The position numbers and the translations under genes were made by a program. DNA of 64,000 nucleotides from Alphaproteobacteria bacterium (GTDB lineage Bacteria > Pseudomonadota > Alphaproteobacteria > Caulobacterales > Aquidulcibacteraceae): the NCBI GenBank assembly GCA_016124255.1, contig WGOB01000012.1:54682-118681 (forward strand). The letters run 5' to 3'. Under the pieces are notes generated by a model. The model made no database searches, was not told where the DNA came from, and was given only the letters and a program-made list of their open reading frames with translations. This document shows positions 48,253 through 56,508 of the stretch, piece by piece. Each line of letters starts with the position of its first letter. Position 1 is the first letter of the stretch.

Positions 48253-50331
48253 TCACGCGCGCTTCTTGACGTGGGCGAGGAGCGCGGTGAGGGCGCCGGG
48301 AGTGACGCCTTCGATGCGGGAGGCCTGGCCGAGCGTGACGGGTTTGGCGGCGGCGAGCTTCTGGCGGATCTCGGCGGAGAGGCCGCCGACGCGCGCGTAA
48401 TCAAGGTCCGCCGGCAGCGCCAATTGCTCGTCGCGCTTGAAGGCGACGACGTCGGCTTCCTGACGTTCGAGGTAGCCCGCATAGAGCGCGTCGATTTCGA
48501 GCTGCTCGCGTGCGGTTTGCGGCAGCGTGTTGAGGTCGGGCCAGATGCGCGCGAGATCGTCGAACGCGATCGTCGGGTACGACAAGAGCTGCAGCGCGGT
48601 GCGCGGCTTGCCGTCCTGATTGACTTTCAAATCGTGCTTCTGCGCTTCGCGCGGCGTGAGCGCGAGCGATTGCGCGAGTGTGCGGGCGCGCTCGATCTCG
48701 CGCATCTTCGCAGCGAAACGCGCTGCGCGCTCGGCGCCGACGCAACCGAGATCGATGCCCTTTTGCGTGAGGCGCTGATCGGCGTTGTCGGCGCGCAGCG
48801 AGAGGCGATACTCGGCGCGCGAGGTGAACATGCGATAGGGCTCGGTGACGCCGCGGGTGACGAGGTCATCGATCAGAACGCCGAGATACGCCTCGGCTCT
48901 ATCGAACGCGATCGCTTCGTTTTCGCCGATTTCAAAGGCTGTTTCACGTGAATCATCCGGGATCGGAATTTCCGATTCCGGAGCGAACCTTGTCCGATTC
49001 TGGCCTGTTCGCTTCGCCGCGTTGAGGCCGGCGATGAGGCCCTGGGCGCCCGCCTCCTCGTAGCCGGTGGTGCCGTTGATCTGGCCGGCGAGATAGAGGC
49101 CGGCGAGGCGCTTGGTCTCCAGCGTCGGGTAGAGTTCGCGCGGGTCGACGTAGTCGTATTCGATCGCGTAGGCGTGGCGCAGAATCTCCGCGCGCTCGAG
49201 GCCGGGGATGGTGCGGATGAAGCGATCCTGGATCTCTTCCGGCAGCGAGGTGGAGATGCCGTTCGGATAGATCACATCGCCGTCAGGCGTGCCGGGCAGG
49301 CCTTCCGGCTCGAGAAAGATCTGATGCGCGTCGCGCTCGGCGAAGCGGACGACCTTGTCCTCGATCGAGGGGCAGTAGCGCGGGCCCCTGCCCTCGATCG
49401 CGCCGGAGTACACTGCGGACTGATCGAGGCTTTCGGCGATGATGCGGTGGGTTTCGGGCGTCGTGTACGTGACGCCGCAGTCGACTTGCGGGTTCGCGAT
49501 GCGGTCGGTGAGGAAGGAGAACGGCGACGGGGCTTCGTCGCCCTTCTGCATGTCGAGCGAGGCCCAGTCGATGGCGTGTGCGGCCAGGCGTGCGGGCGTG
49601 CCGGTCTTCAAGCGCCCCATCTGGAAGCCGAGGCCGTAGAGGCGGTCGGAGAGACCGACGGCCGGCGCCTCGCCGACGCGGCCGGCGGGGATGCGCTTCT
49701 GGCCGATATGGATGACGCCTTTGAGGAACGTGCCGGTGGTGAGGATGACCGCGGGGGCATGGAACTCGGTTCCGTCTGCGGTCGTCACACCCACCACACG
49801 CTCCCCGGCCGAAGCCGCTGCAGGCGGCGGAGAGCCGGGGGCCATGTTCGCGCTGGCCTCGACATGGGCCCCGGATCGGCCCTGCGGACCGTCCGGGGAA
49901 CGGGTGGTGAGGAGGTCCTCCACCGCGGCGGCGAGGATGGTGAGGTTTGGCTGTGCGGCCAGCGCGGCCTGCATGGCGGCCTTGTAGAGGGCGCGGTCGG
50001 ACTGGGCGCGAGGGCCGCGGACGGCAGGGCCTTTGGAGCGGTTGAGCAGGCGGAACTGGATGCCGGCGGCGTCGGCGACGCGGCCCATGAGGCCGTCGAG
50101 CGCGTCGATCTCGCGGACGAGGTGGCCCTTGCCCAAACCGCCGATGGCCGGGTTGCAGCTCATCTCGCCGATGGTCTCGGGCTTGTGGGTGAGCAGCAGC
50201 GTGTGGGCGCCCATGCGCGCGGCGGCGCTCGCGGCTTCGCAGCCGGCGTGGCCGCCGCCGATGACGATGACGTCGTAGTTCTTCGGGACGTCGTAGGTGT
50301 TGCGCGCTGCGCTCATGGGAGCGCTCGACAT
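48253..50331 (-). CDS. mnmG: tRNA uridine-5-carboxymethylaminomethyl modification enzyme MnmG (GidA)
   Basis: [39 protein letters not shown] and [13 protein letters not shown]. Start trimmed to the ATG at 50331 (alternative at 50316). Contains an about 34-codon repeat-derived insertion. Confidence 0.95.
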   Translation of the reverse strand: MSSAPMSAARNTYDVPKNYDVIVIGGGHAGCEAASAAARMGAHTLLLTHKPETIGEMSCNPAIGGLGKGHLVREIDALDGLMGRVADAAGIQFRLLNRSKGPAVRGPRAQSDRALYKAAMQAALAAQPNLTILAAAVEDLLTTRSPDGPQGRSGAHVEASANMAPGSPPPAAASAGERVVGVTTADGTEFHAPAVILTTGTFLKGVIHIGQKRIPAGRVGEAPAVGLSDRLYGLGFQMGRLKTGTPARLAAHAIDWASLDMQKGDEAPSPFSFLTDRIANPQVDCGVTYTTPETHRIIAESLDQSAVYSGAIEGRGPRYCPSIEDKVVRFAERDAHQIFLEPEGLPGTPDGDVIYPNGISTSLPEEIQDRFIRTIPGLERAEILRHAYAIEYDYVDPRELYPTLETKRLAGLYLAGQINGTTGYEEAGAQGLIAGLNAAKRTGQNRTRFAPESEIPIPDDSRETAFEIGENEAIAFDRAEAYLGVLIDDLVTRGVTEPYRMFTSRAEYRLSLRADNADQRLTQKGIDLGCVGAERAARFAAKMREIERARTLAQSLALTPREAQKHDLKVNQDGKPRTALQLLSYPTIAFDDLARIWPDLNTLPQTAREQLEIDALYAGYLERQEADVVAFKRDEQLALPADLDYARVGGLSAEIRQKLAAAKPVTLGQASRIEGVTPGALTALLAHVKKRA
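48940..48955. promoter_or_regulatory. parS-like site inside mnmG
   Basis: TGTTTCACGTGAATCA, 15/16 to canonical parS. Confidence 0.6.
49798..49905. repeat. REP/MITE-like element copy embedded in frame in mnmG
   Basis: CTCCCCGGCCGAAGCC...GAGAGCCGGGGGCC...CATGGGCCCCGGATCGGCCCTGCGGACCGTCCGGGGAAC aligns along the whole length of copy 48120-48221. It is translated as [34 protein letters not shown]. Confidence 0.7.
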
Positions 50332-50403
50332 AGCGGAAATATGGGCTCCTGTCCTGTCGACGGCATTGGTGACCGGACCGATGCGGCGGACTAGATTGCC
50401 GCA

Positions 50404-50889
50404 ATGCAAGCCGGTCTAGCTGTCGCTTCGGTCGCGGTGCTGCTTTGCGGCACTGCGTCAGCGCAGAGCTATGCGCCCGCGACCCCCGCGGAAATCGTAG
50501 CGCGTGAGAATGTGAGCGCGCCCTCGGCGGAGGAAATCGCTGCAGCGCCCCTGATCGAGCGTCCGGTTTGGACCGCCAGGCCAACATGGCAGGACATGGG
50601 CCCCTGGCCGTCGCACCTTCGTGAAGGCGCACGCGTGGAGCTGCTATGCCTTGTCACCGATGACCGCGCCCTCAGGTGTCGACTCGGCGCCTTGAGCATC
50701 GGAGGCCGAGAAGGCAGCGAATACGCAACCATTTCGATGAGAGCCTCCCGCTTCTTCCGCATCGCCGAAGTCATTGACGGCTCGCCAACAGCTGGGAGGC
50801 GCGTGCGCCTACCGATTGTCTTTCGGCTTGGAGATGAATCCCCAGAGACGACGGAAGCGGAGCCTCGCTCGCAGATCGGGCCGCAATAG
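50404..50889 (+). CDS. Secreted hypothetical protein with TonB-C-terminal-like region
   Basis: Signal peptide [22 protein letters not shown]. The C-terminal segment [10 protein letters not shown]...RFFRIAEV...[10 protein letters not shown] resembles a TonB C-terminal fold (weak). Confidence 0.5.
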   Translation: MQAGLAVASVAVLLCGTASAQSYAPATPAEIVARENVSAPSAEEIAAAPLIERPVWTARPTWQDMGPWPSHLREGARVELLCLVTDDRALRCRLGALSIGGREGSEYATISMRASRFFRIAEVIDGSPTAGRRVRLPIVFRLGDESPETTEAEPRSQIGPQ

Positions 50890-50903
50890 ATTCGGGGTAG
50901 GAA

Positions 50904-50919
50904 AGTTTCACGTGAATCA
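50904..50919. promoter_or_regulatory. parS-like site, intergenic
   Basis: AGTTTCACGTGAATCA. Confidence 0.6.
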
Positions 50920-50974
50920 TTGGGGATGACTCGCGCGTGTTCCTGCGAGGACTCTTCGTTGACTCGGATTTACC

Positions 50975-50990
50975 TGTTTCGCGTGAAACG
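50975..50990. promoter_or_regulatory. parS-like site, intergenic
   Basis: TGTTTCGCGTGAAACG. Both outer half-sites are canonical and the centre is CGCG. Confidence 0.5.
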
Positions 50991-51070
50991 CGGCGAAGGA
51001 CTCGGCAGGTATTGGACCGAGCTGGATTGGACCGCCGGCGCCCTCGCCGGCGGGGCGCCGGCGGTCCGGA

Positions 51071-52408
51071 TCACTTGCCGATGCAGAAGCGGGAGAAGAT
51101 TTCGCCGAGGATGTCTTCGACGTCGACGCGGCCGGTGATGCGGCCGAGCGCGCGGGCGGCGAGGCGGAGGTCTTCGGCGGCGAGTTCGGCGCCCTCTTCC
51201 AAAGCCGCGTCGGCGCGTGTGAGCGCGGCGTGCGTTTCCTCGATCAGCGCGCGGTGGCGGGCTCGGGTGATGGGCGCGGCTTCCTCTGAGGCGAGCGCGG
51301 CGGCGACGCGTTGCTCGACGGCGACGACAAGCGCGGCGACGCCTTCGCCGGTTCTCACGGAAAGCGGGCGCGGTTCGAGATCACGTGTGCGCGCTTCGCG
51401 CATCGCGTCAGCATGCGGCGCGGCGAGATCAACTTTTGAGAAGACCGCGATGTCGTGCGCGGCGAGCGCATCGGGAATCGCGGTTTCACGTGAATCAATC
51501 ACGCCGATGCGGAGGTCCGCGTCGCGCGCGCGCTCCAATGCGCGGCGGACGCCTTCGGCTTCGATGGCGTCGGAGGCTTCGCGGAGGCCGGCGGTGTCGG
51601 CGATCCAGACGGGGTAGCCGGCGAGGACCATGCGGACTTCGACGATGTCGCGCGTAGTCCCCGGGATGTCGGAGACGATGGCGGCTTCGCGCTTGGCGAG
51701 CGCGTTCAAGAGCGACGACTTGCCGGCGTTGGGCGCGCCGATGATGGCGATGCGGAAGCCGTCGCGCACGCGTTCGCCGCGATGCGCGTCATCGAGGAAG
51801 GAGGCGAGTTCGACGCTGAGCGATGCGATCAGCGGGCGCGCGGTTTGCGCAAGCTGATCGGGCAAATCCTCATCGGGAAAGTCGATCTCTGCTTCGCAGA
51901 GCGCCATGATGCGAATGAGCGCAGAACGCCATTGTTCAATGCGGTTTTCGAGGGCGCCGCGAAATTGGCGCAGCGCCTGTTTGCGCTGGCCTTCGGTCTC
52001 GGCGTCGACGAGATCGGCGATCGCTTCGGCTTGTGTGAGATCGAGCTTGCCGTGTTCGAACGCGCGGCGCGTGAACTCGCCAGGCTCGGCAAGGCGCACG
52101 TTCGGCAGTGCGGTCAGCGCGTCGATGAGCGCGGCGACGATGGCGCCGCCGCCGTGCACCTGAAACTCGGCGACGTCTTCACCGGTGAAGCTGTTCGGCG
52201 AAGGCATGAAGAGCGCGAGGCCTTCGTCGATCTGTTCGCGGGTGTGCGGGTGCATGAAAGTGCGCACCGTCGCGCGGTGCGGCTTGGGGCGCGGCTTCTG
52301 CGTCAGCGCGTCGAGGCACGCGCCGGCGTGCGGACCCGACACGCGCACGATCGCGACGCCGGCGCGGCCGGCGCCGGTGGCGAGCGCGGCGATGGTGTCA
52401 GCGGGCAT
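51071..52408 (-). CDS. mnmE: tRNA modification GTPase MnmE (TrmE)
   Basis: DTIAALATGAGRAGVAIVRVSG, GAPNAGKSSLLNAL, DTAGLRE, and the C-terminal FCIGK. Confidence 0.96.
   Translation of the reverse strand: MPADTIAALATGAGRAGVAIVRVSGPHAGACLDALTQKPRPKPHRATVRTFMHPHTREQIDEGLALFMPSPNSFTGEDVAEFQVHGGGAIVAALIDALTALPNVRLAEPGEFTRRAFEHGKLDLTQAEAIADLVDAETEGQRKQALRQFRGALENRIEQWRSALIRIMALCEAEIDFPDEDLPDQLAQTARPLIASLSVELASFLDDAHRGERVRDGFRIAIIGAPNAGKSSLLNALAKREAAIVSDIPGTTRDIVEVRMVLAGYPVWIADTAGLREASDAIEAEGVRRALERARDADLRIGVIDSRETAIPDALAAHDIAVFSKVDLAAPHADAMREARTRDLEPRPLSVRTGEGVAALVVAVEQRVAAALASEEAAPITRARHRALIEETHAALTRADAALEEGAELAAEDLRLAARALGRITGRVDVEDILGEIFSRFCIGK
51482..51497. promoter_or_regulatory. parS-like site inside mnmE
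   Basis: GGTTTCACGTGAATCA. Confidence 0.6.
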
Positions 52409-52428
52409 GATCCGGGGTCGGAAGGTTG

Positions 52429-52444
52429 CGTTTCACGTGACTCA
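52429..52444. promoter_or_regulatory. parS-like site, intergenic upstream of mnmE
   Basis: CGTTTCACGTGACTCA. Confidence 0.5.
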
Positions 52445-52484
52445 TTTTTGCGGGCCGTTTGCCGGCGAGGGCGCCGGCGGTCCG

Positions 52485-52500
52485 CGTTTCACGTGAATCA
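52485..52500. promoter_or_regulatory. parS-like site, intergenic upstream of mnmE
   Basis: CGTTTCACGTGAATCA. Confidence 0.6.
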
Positions 52501-52512
52501 TTCGAGCGCGTG

Positions 52513-52764
52513 TCATTCGCCGCGGGCGCCTTTGGCGGCGCCGGTCGCGGCCGAGGTCATGAGCTTCAGGAAGGCGTCCTGCGCTTGCGTGCCGATCGAC
52601 ATCCAGGAGGACATCATCGTCTCGGGCGCCATCAGCGCGAGGTTCTTCTCCATGCGCTTGCCCATCTCCTGGACCATCAACTCGTTGATCGGCGTGACGT
52701 CGGGCAGGCCCATGAAGCGGCGCGCTTCCTCTGGGCTGCACTCGACATTGACGGTGAACTTCAT
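52513..52764 (-). CDS. Small conserved hypothetical protein (DUF6489-like)
   Basis: 83-aa ORF MKFTVNVECSPEEARRFMGLPDVTPINELMVQEM. The family name is recalled, not verified. Confidence 0.65.
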   Translation of the reverse strand: MKFTVNVECSPEEARRFMGLPDVTPINELMVQEMGKRMEKNLALMAPETMMSSWMSIGTQAQDAFLKLMTSAATGAAKGARGE

Positions 52765-52836
52765 TTGAGCGGCTCCGCGGGTCGAAACTTCTGAGTCCGG
52801 CCTCTATAGACCCAACCAGCAGCGAAGGAGAGCGGT

Positions 52837-53523
52837 ATGGCCGAATGGGTCGACATCAAAGTTCCGGATGGGTCTTTTCGCGCCTATGTGGCGCGGCCGA
52901 CGGGGACGCCTAAGGCGGCGGTGGTCGCGATCCAGGAGATCTTCGGGGTCAACGCGGTGATGCGCAGCAAGGCGGACTGGCTGGCCAGCGAAGGCTTCCT
53001 GGCGATCGCGCCGGACCTGTTCTGGCGGATCGAGCCTGGCATCGACATCACCGACCAGAGCGAGGCGGAGTGGAAGCGCGCGTTCGAGTTGTTCGGGCTG
53101 TTCGACCAGGAGGCGGGCGTCGGCGACATCCAGGCGACGATCAGCGCCGCGCGCGCGATGGTCGGCGGGGGGAAGGTCGGGGCGATCGGGTATTGCCTGG
53201 GCGGGCTGATGGCGTACCTGACCGCGTGCCGGACGGACGCCGACGCGAGCGTCGGGTATTACGGGGTGTCGATCGATCAGCGCCTTGGCGAGGCGGCGCA
53301 GCTGACCACGCCGCTGATGCTGCACATCGCGGGCAAGGACCAGTTCGTGAAGCCGGATGCGCAGAAGGCTATTCTGGACGGGCTGGCGGGCAAGGCTGCG
53401 CTGCACGTCTATCCCGAGCAGGATCATGCGTTCACGCGGCCGGGCGGGCAGCATTTCGACGCCGCCGCCGCGCAGGTCGCGGACGCGCGCACGATCGCGT
53501 TCCTGAAGGACAAGCTCGGGTGA
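52837..53523 (+). CDS. Dienelactone hydrolase family protein
   Basis: AVVAIQEIFGVN, and GAIGYCLGG (nucleophile elbow). Confidence 0.88.
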   Translation: MAEWVDIKVPDGSFRAYVARPTGTPKAAVVAIQEIFGVNAVMRSKADWLASEGFLAIAPDLFWRIEPGIDITDQSEAEWKRAFELFGLFDQEAGVGDIQATISAARAMVGGGKVGAIGYCLGGLMAYLTACRTDADASVGYYGVSIDQRLGEAAQLTTPLMLHIAGKDQFVKPDAQKAILDGLAGKAALHVYPEQDHAFTRPGGQHFDAAAAQVADARTIAFLKDKLG

Positions 53524-54461
53524 GGGCGGCGCTTCTCGCCGGCGCGCTGGCGATGGCGCTCAGCGCGTGCACCAGCCAGGTCCCGACCGCGGCGGCGCCG
53601 GACGCGCCGGCGGCCGCGCGCGCAACGCCCAGCGATCTCGGGGCCTTCTTCGACTGCCTGCGGGAGGCGAGCGCGACGATCGTGGCGGCGCATCGCGGCG
53701 GGCCGGCGCCGGGTTATCCGGAGAATGCGCTGGAGACGTTCGCGCGCACGACCGACGCGATCCCGGCGCTGCTCGAAGTCGATGTCGCGCTGACGCGCGA
53801 CGGCGCACTCGTGCTGATGCACGACGATACGGTGGACCGTACGACGACCGGGCAGGGGCGCGTCCGCGAGCTCACGCTGGCGGAGATCCAGGCGCTTAGA
53901 CTGCGCGACGAGCGGGGGACGATCACCGGCGCGCGGACGCCGACGCTGGCGCAGGCGCTCGACTGGGCGGCGGGCAAAGCGGTGCTCGAACTCGACGTAA
54001 AGCGCGGGACGCCGTTCGAGCGCGTGGTGGACGCGGTGCGCGCCGCGCAGGCGGAAGAGCGCGTGGTGGTGATCGTGTACTCGCTGCGCGACGCGATCGT
54101 TGTGCATCGCCTGGCGCCGCGGCTGATGCTTTCGGTTTCGAACGACGAGACGCGGGACGTGCAGGCGCTGACGGACGCGGGCGTCGATCTTTCGCGCGTG
54201 CTGGCGTGGACGGGAATCGAGGAGCCGAACGCGGCGCTCAATGTTTCGCTGCGCGCGCGTGGAATCGAGGTGTTGTTCGGCACGCTCGGCGGATCGGGGA
54301 GCTGGGATCGCCGCTTCGCGCGCGAGGGCGACGAAGGGTACGCGGCGTTCGCGGAGACGGGGCTCCAGGTGATCGCGTCGGATCGGCCGGTCGACGCGCA
54401 CGGCGCGATCGACGCGGGCGATGGCGTTGACGGATGGGCGGGTGCTGCGTGCCTGCGGTGA
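53520..54461 (+). CDS. Glycerophosphodiester phosphodiesterase-family lipoprotein
   Basis: GTG start at 53520 (GTGA overlap with the preceding stop). Carries the lipobox LSAC, AHRGG..GYPENALETF, and LEVDVALTRDGALVLMHDDTVDRTT. Trimmed from ORF 53070..54461. Confidence 0.8.
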   Translation: MRAALLAGALAMALSACTSQVPTAAAPDAPAAARATPSDLGAFFDCLREASATIVAAHRGGPAPGYPENALETFARTTDAIPALLEVDVALTRDGALVLMHDDTVDRTTTGQGRVRELTLAEIQALRLRDERGTITGARTPTLAQALDWAAGKAVLELDVKRGTPFERVVDAVRAAQAEERVVVIVYSLRDAIVVHRLAPRLMLSVSNDETRDVQALTDAGVDLSRVLAWTGIEEPNAALNVSLRARGIEVLFGTLGGSGSWDRRFAREGDEGYAAFAETGLQVIASDRPVDAHGAIDAGDGVDGWAGAACLR

Positions 54462-54473
54462 ACGAGGTTTGAG

Positions 54474-55445
54474 ATGAAAGCGATCAGATTTGCGGAGACC
54501 GGCGGGCCGGAGGTGTTGCGGCTCGAAGACGTTGAGATTGCGGCGCCGGGCGCGGGGCAGGTGCGCATTCGCCATGAGGCGATCGGGGTCAATTTCATCG
54601 ACACGTATCACCGCACCGGGCTCTATCCACTGGGCCTGCCGAGCGGGCTCGGGATGGAGGCGGCGGGCGTCGTCGAAGCCGTGGGCGAAGGCGTGACGCG
54701 GTTCGCTGTAGGCGATCGCGCGGGGTATTGCTCGGGGCCGATCGGCGCTTACGCAGAGGCGCAGAACGTGCCGGCGGATCGTGCGGTGAAGTTGCCGGAG
54801 GGCGTGAGTTTCGACATCGCCGCGGCGGCGATGCTGAAAGGGATGACGGCGCGCTACCTGCTGCGGAAGACGTTTCCGCTGCAGCGTGGCCAGGTGTGCG
54901 TGATCCATGCGGCCGCCGGCGGCGTGGGGCAGATCGCGGTGCAGTGGGCGAAGCATCTTGGCGCGGGGGTCATCGCGGTGGTGGGCTCCGATGCGAAGGC
55001 GGAGATCGCGCGGGGGCTCGGCGCCGACCATACGATCGTTTCGACGCGCGAACAGATCGCGCCGCGCGTGCGCGAGATCACCGGAGGGGAGGGGGCCGAT
55101 GTCGTTTACGACTCGGTCGGCAAAGACACGTTTGACGCGTCGCTCGATAGCTTGAAGCCGCTTGGGATGTTCGTGAGCTTCGGGAATGCGTCGGGCGCGG
55201 CGCCGCCGTTCGCGCCGGGGATTCTATCTGCGAAGGGGTCGCTGTTTTTCACGCGACCGACGCTGATGCACTACACGCGCACGCCGGCGCTGCTGCAGGA
55301 GACGGCGGACGATCTCTGGGGCGTGATGGCGTCGGGCGCGGTGACGGTGGCGGCGCCGGCGCAGTACAAGCTGGCGGACGCGGCGCAAGCGCATCGCGAT
55401 CTCGAAGCGCGGAAGACGACGGGGAGTGTTGTTCTCGCGCCTTAA
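54474..55445 (+). CDS. qor: NADPH:quinone oxidoreductase (zeta-crystallin type MDR)
   Basis: MKAIRFAETGGPEVL, GVNFIDTYHRTGLYP, and AAAGGVG. Confidence 0.9.
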   Translation: MKAIRFAETGGPEVLRLEDVEIAAPGAGQVRIRHEAIGVNFIDTYHRTGLYPLGLPSGLGMEAAGVVEAVGEGVTRFAVGDRAGYCSGPIGAYAEAQNVPADRAVKLPEGVSFDIAAAAMLKGMTARYLLRKTFPLQRGQVCVIHAAAGGVGQIAVQWAKHLGAGVIAVVGSDAKAEIARGLGADHTIVSTREQIAPRVREITGGEGADVVYDSVGKDTFDASLDSLKPLGMFVSFGNASGAAPPFAPGILSAKGSLFFTRPTLMHYTRTPALLQETADDLWGVMASGAVTVAAPAQYKLADAAQAHRDLEARKTTGSVVLAP

Positions 55446-56065
55446 GCAGGGGCGTTGTTGGCTTCGAGGGCGCGCTGGTAGGCGGGGCGCTTGGCGAGGC
55501 GGTCGCGGTAAGCGTCGAGCTTCGGGGTGAGCGGTTTCTGGAGCGCGCCTTTGTAGACGCCGAGCGCGGTGACGATGGCGATGTCGGCCAGGGAGAAGGC
55601 GCCGGCGAGATAGTCGGACTCGCCGAGGATGTCTTCGATGAACGCGAGCGCCTGGCGTGCGGCGCCTTCCTGCATCCGCACGGACCAGTTTTGCTTGTCG
55701 GCGTCGGGCGCGCCGAAATGGGCGGCCATGAGCGTGTTGGTTCCGGCGCCGAAGGTGGCTTCGGAGAAGACGGTCAGCTGCAGGATGCGCGGGAAGCGCG
55801 GATCGTCGGGCGCGGGGAGGAGGGGCGTGGGGCCGTATCGGCGCGCGAGATAGAGGAGCTGGGCGACGCTTTCATTGATCGCGACCCGTTCGTTCTCCGG
55901 GCCGTCCTCGAGGAAAGGGACGGAGCCGAGCGGGTTCTTGGCGCGGTAGGCGTCGGGGACGGGGTAGCCGATTTTTTCGATGCGGTAGGCGAGGTCCATT
56001 TCCTCGCAGAGCCAGGCCACGCGCAGGCCGCGCGCGCCGCGCGGGAAGTTGGTGATCGTGATCAT
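55442..56065 (-). CDS. Glutathione S-transferase
   Basis: 207-aa ORF with GSVPFLEDG and ESVAQLLYL in the thioredoxin-like N-domain, and a helical C-domain. Confidence 0.85.
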   Translation of the reverse strand: MITITNFPRGARGLRVAWLCEEMDLAYRIEKIGYPVPDAYRAKNPLGSVPFLEDGPENERVAINESVAQLLYLARRYGPTPLLPAPDDPRFPRILQLTVFSEATFGAGTNTLMAAHFGAPDADKQNWSVRMQEGAARQALAFIEDILGESDYLAGAFSLADIAIVTALGVYKGALQKPLTPKLDAYRDRLAKRPAYQRALEANNAPA

Positions 56066-56089
56066 GGCGCGCTTGTAGCGGCGCGCGCT

Positions 56090-56218
56090 CTATTCCGCCA
56101 TCGTGGGCGGGTCCTTGGGCGGCGGCGGATTGCGGTACTGAAGGACGTGGACGAGCGAAAGGAGAGCGATAACGCCTGCAGTCATTCCGATGATGGTCCA
56201 GAACTCTGACCAAGGCAT
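56090..56218 (-). CDS. 42-aa single-TM peptide
   Basis: MPWSEFWTIIGMTAGVIALLSLVHVLQYRNPPPPKDPPTMAE-stop. Its ATG overlaps the TGA of the upstream 86-aa ORF by 1 nt. Confidence 0.45.
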   Translation of the reverse strand: MPWSEFWTIIGMTAGVIALLSLVHVLQYRNPPPPKDPPTMAE

Positions 56219-56478
56219 CACTTGTCCTCAACGCTCCAGAGAATGGCTCTAACGACGAGGTGGGCCGCAACACCGCTTAGCACAAGCCCGACCCTGCGCG
56301 CCACATCCAGGGTCGGCTCAAGGCTCGGATTGATTGCCGGTCCAATCAGTCCCGTGACGATGAGAGCGATCGCCAAGGCGTTGAAGACCGCAGCAAGGGC
56401 TTTGCGCTGCTCGTTGCGCGCTTCGCGGCCATTGGGTCGGCGCGCGAACCGGTGGAGAACGCGGCGGCTTCTGGACAT
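56218..56478 (-). CDS. 86-aa two-TM hypothetical membrane protein
   Basis: ORF-track entry with hydrophobic segments ALAAVFNALAIALIVTGLIGPAI and VGLVLSGVAAHLVVRAIL. Confidence 0.5.
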   Translation of the reverse strand: MSRSRRVLHRFARRPNGREARNEQRKALAAVFNALAIALIVTGLIGPAINPSLEPTLDVARRVGLVLSGVAAHLVVRAILWSVEDK

Positions 56479-56508
56479 TCGCGCCCTTTGTGCCGAAGCG
56501 CCGCGCCG

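Noticed and set aside
56181-56190. GTCATTCCGA resembling a REP terminus
   Set aside because: It is an isolated 10-mer inside the 42-aa ORF, with no matching inverted terminus or inner repeat. This is coincidental.
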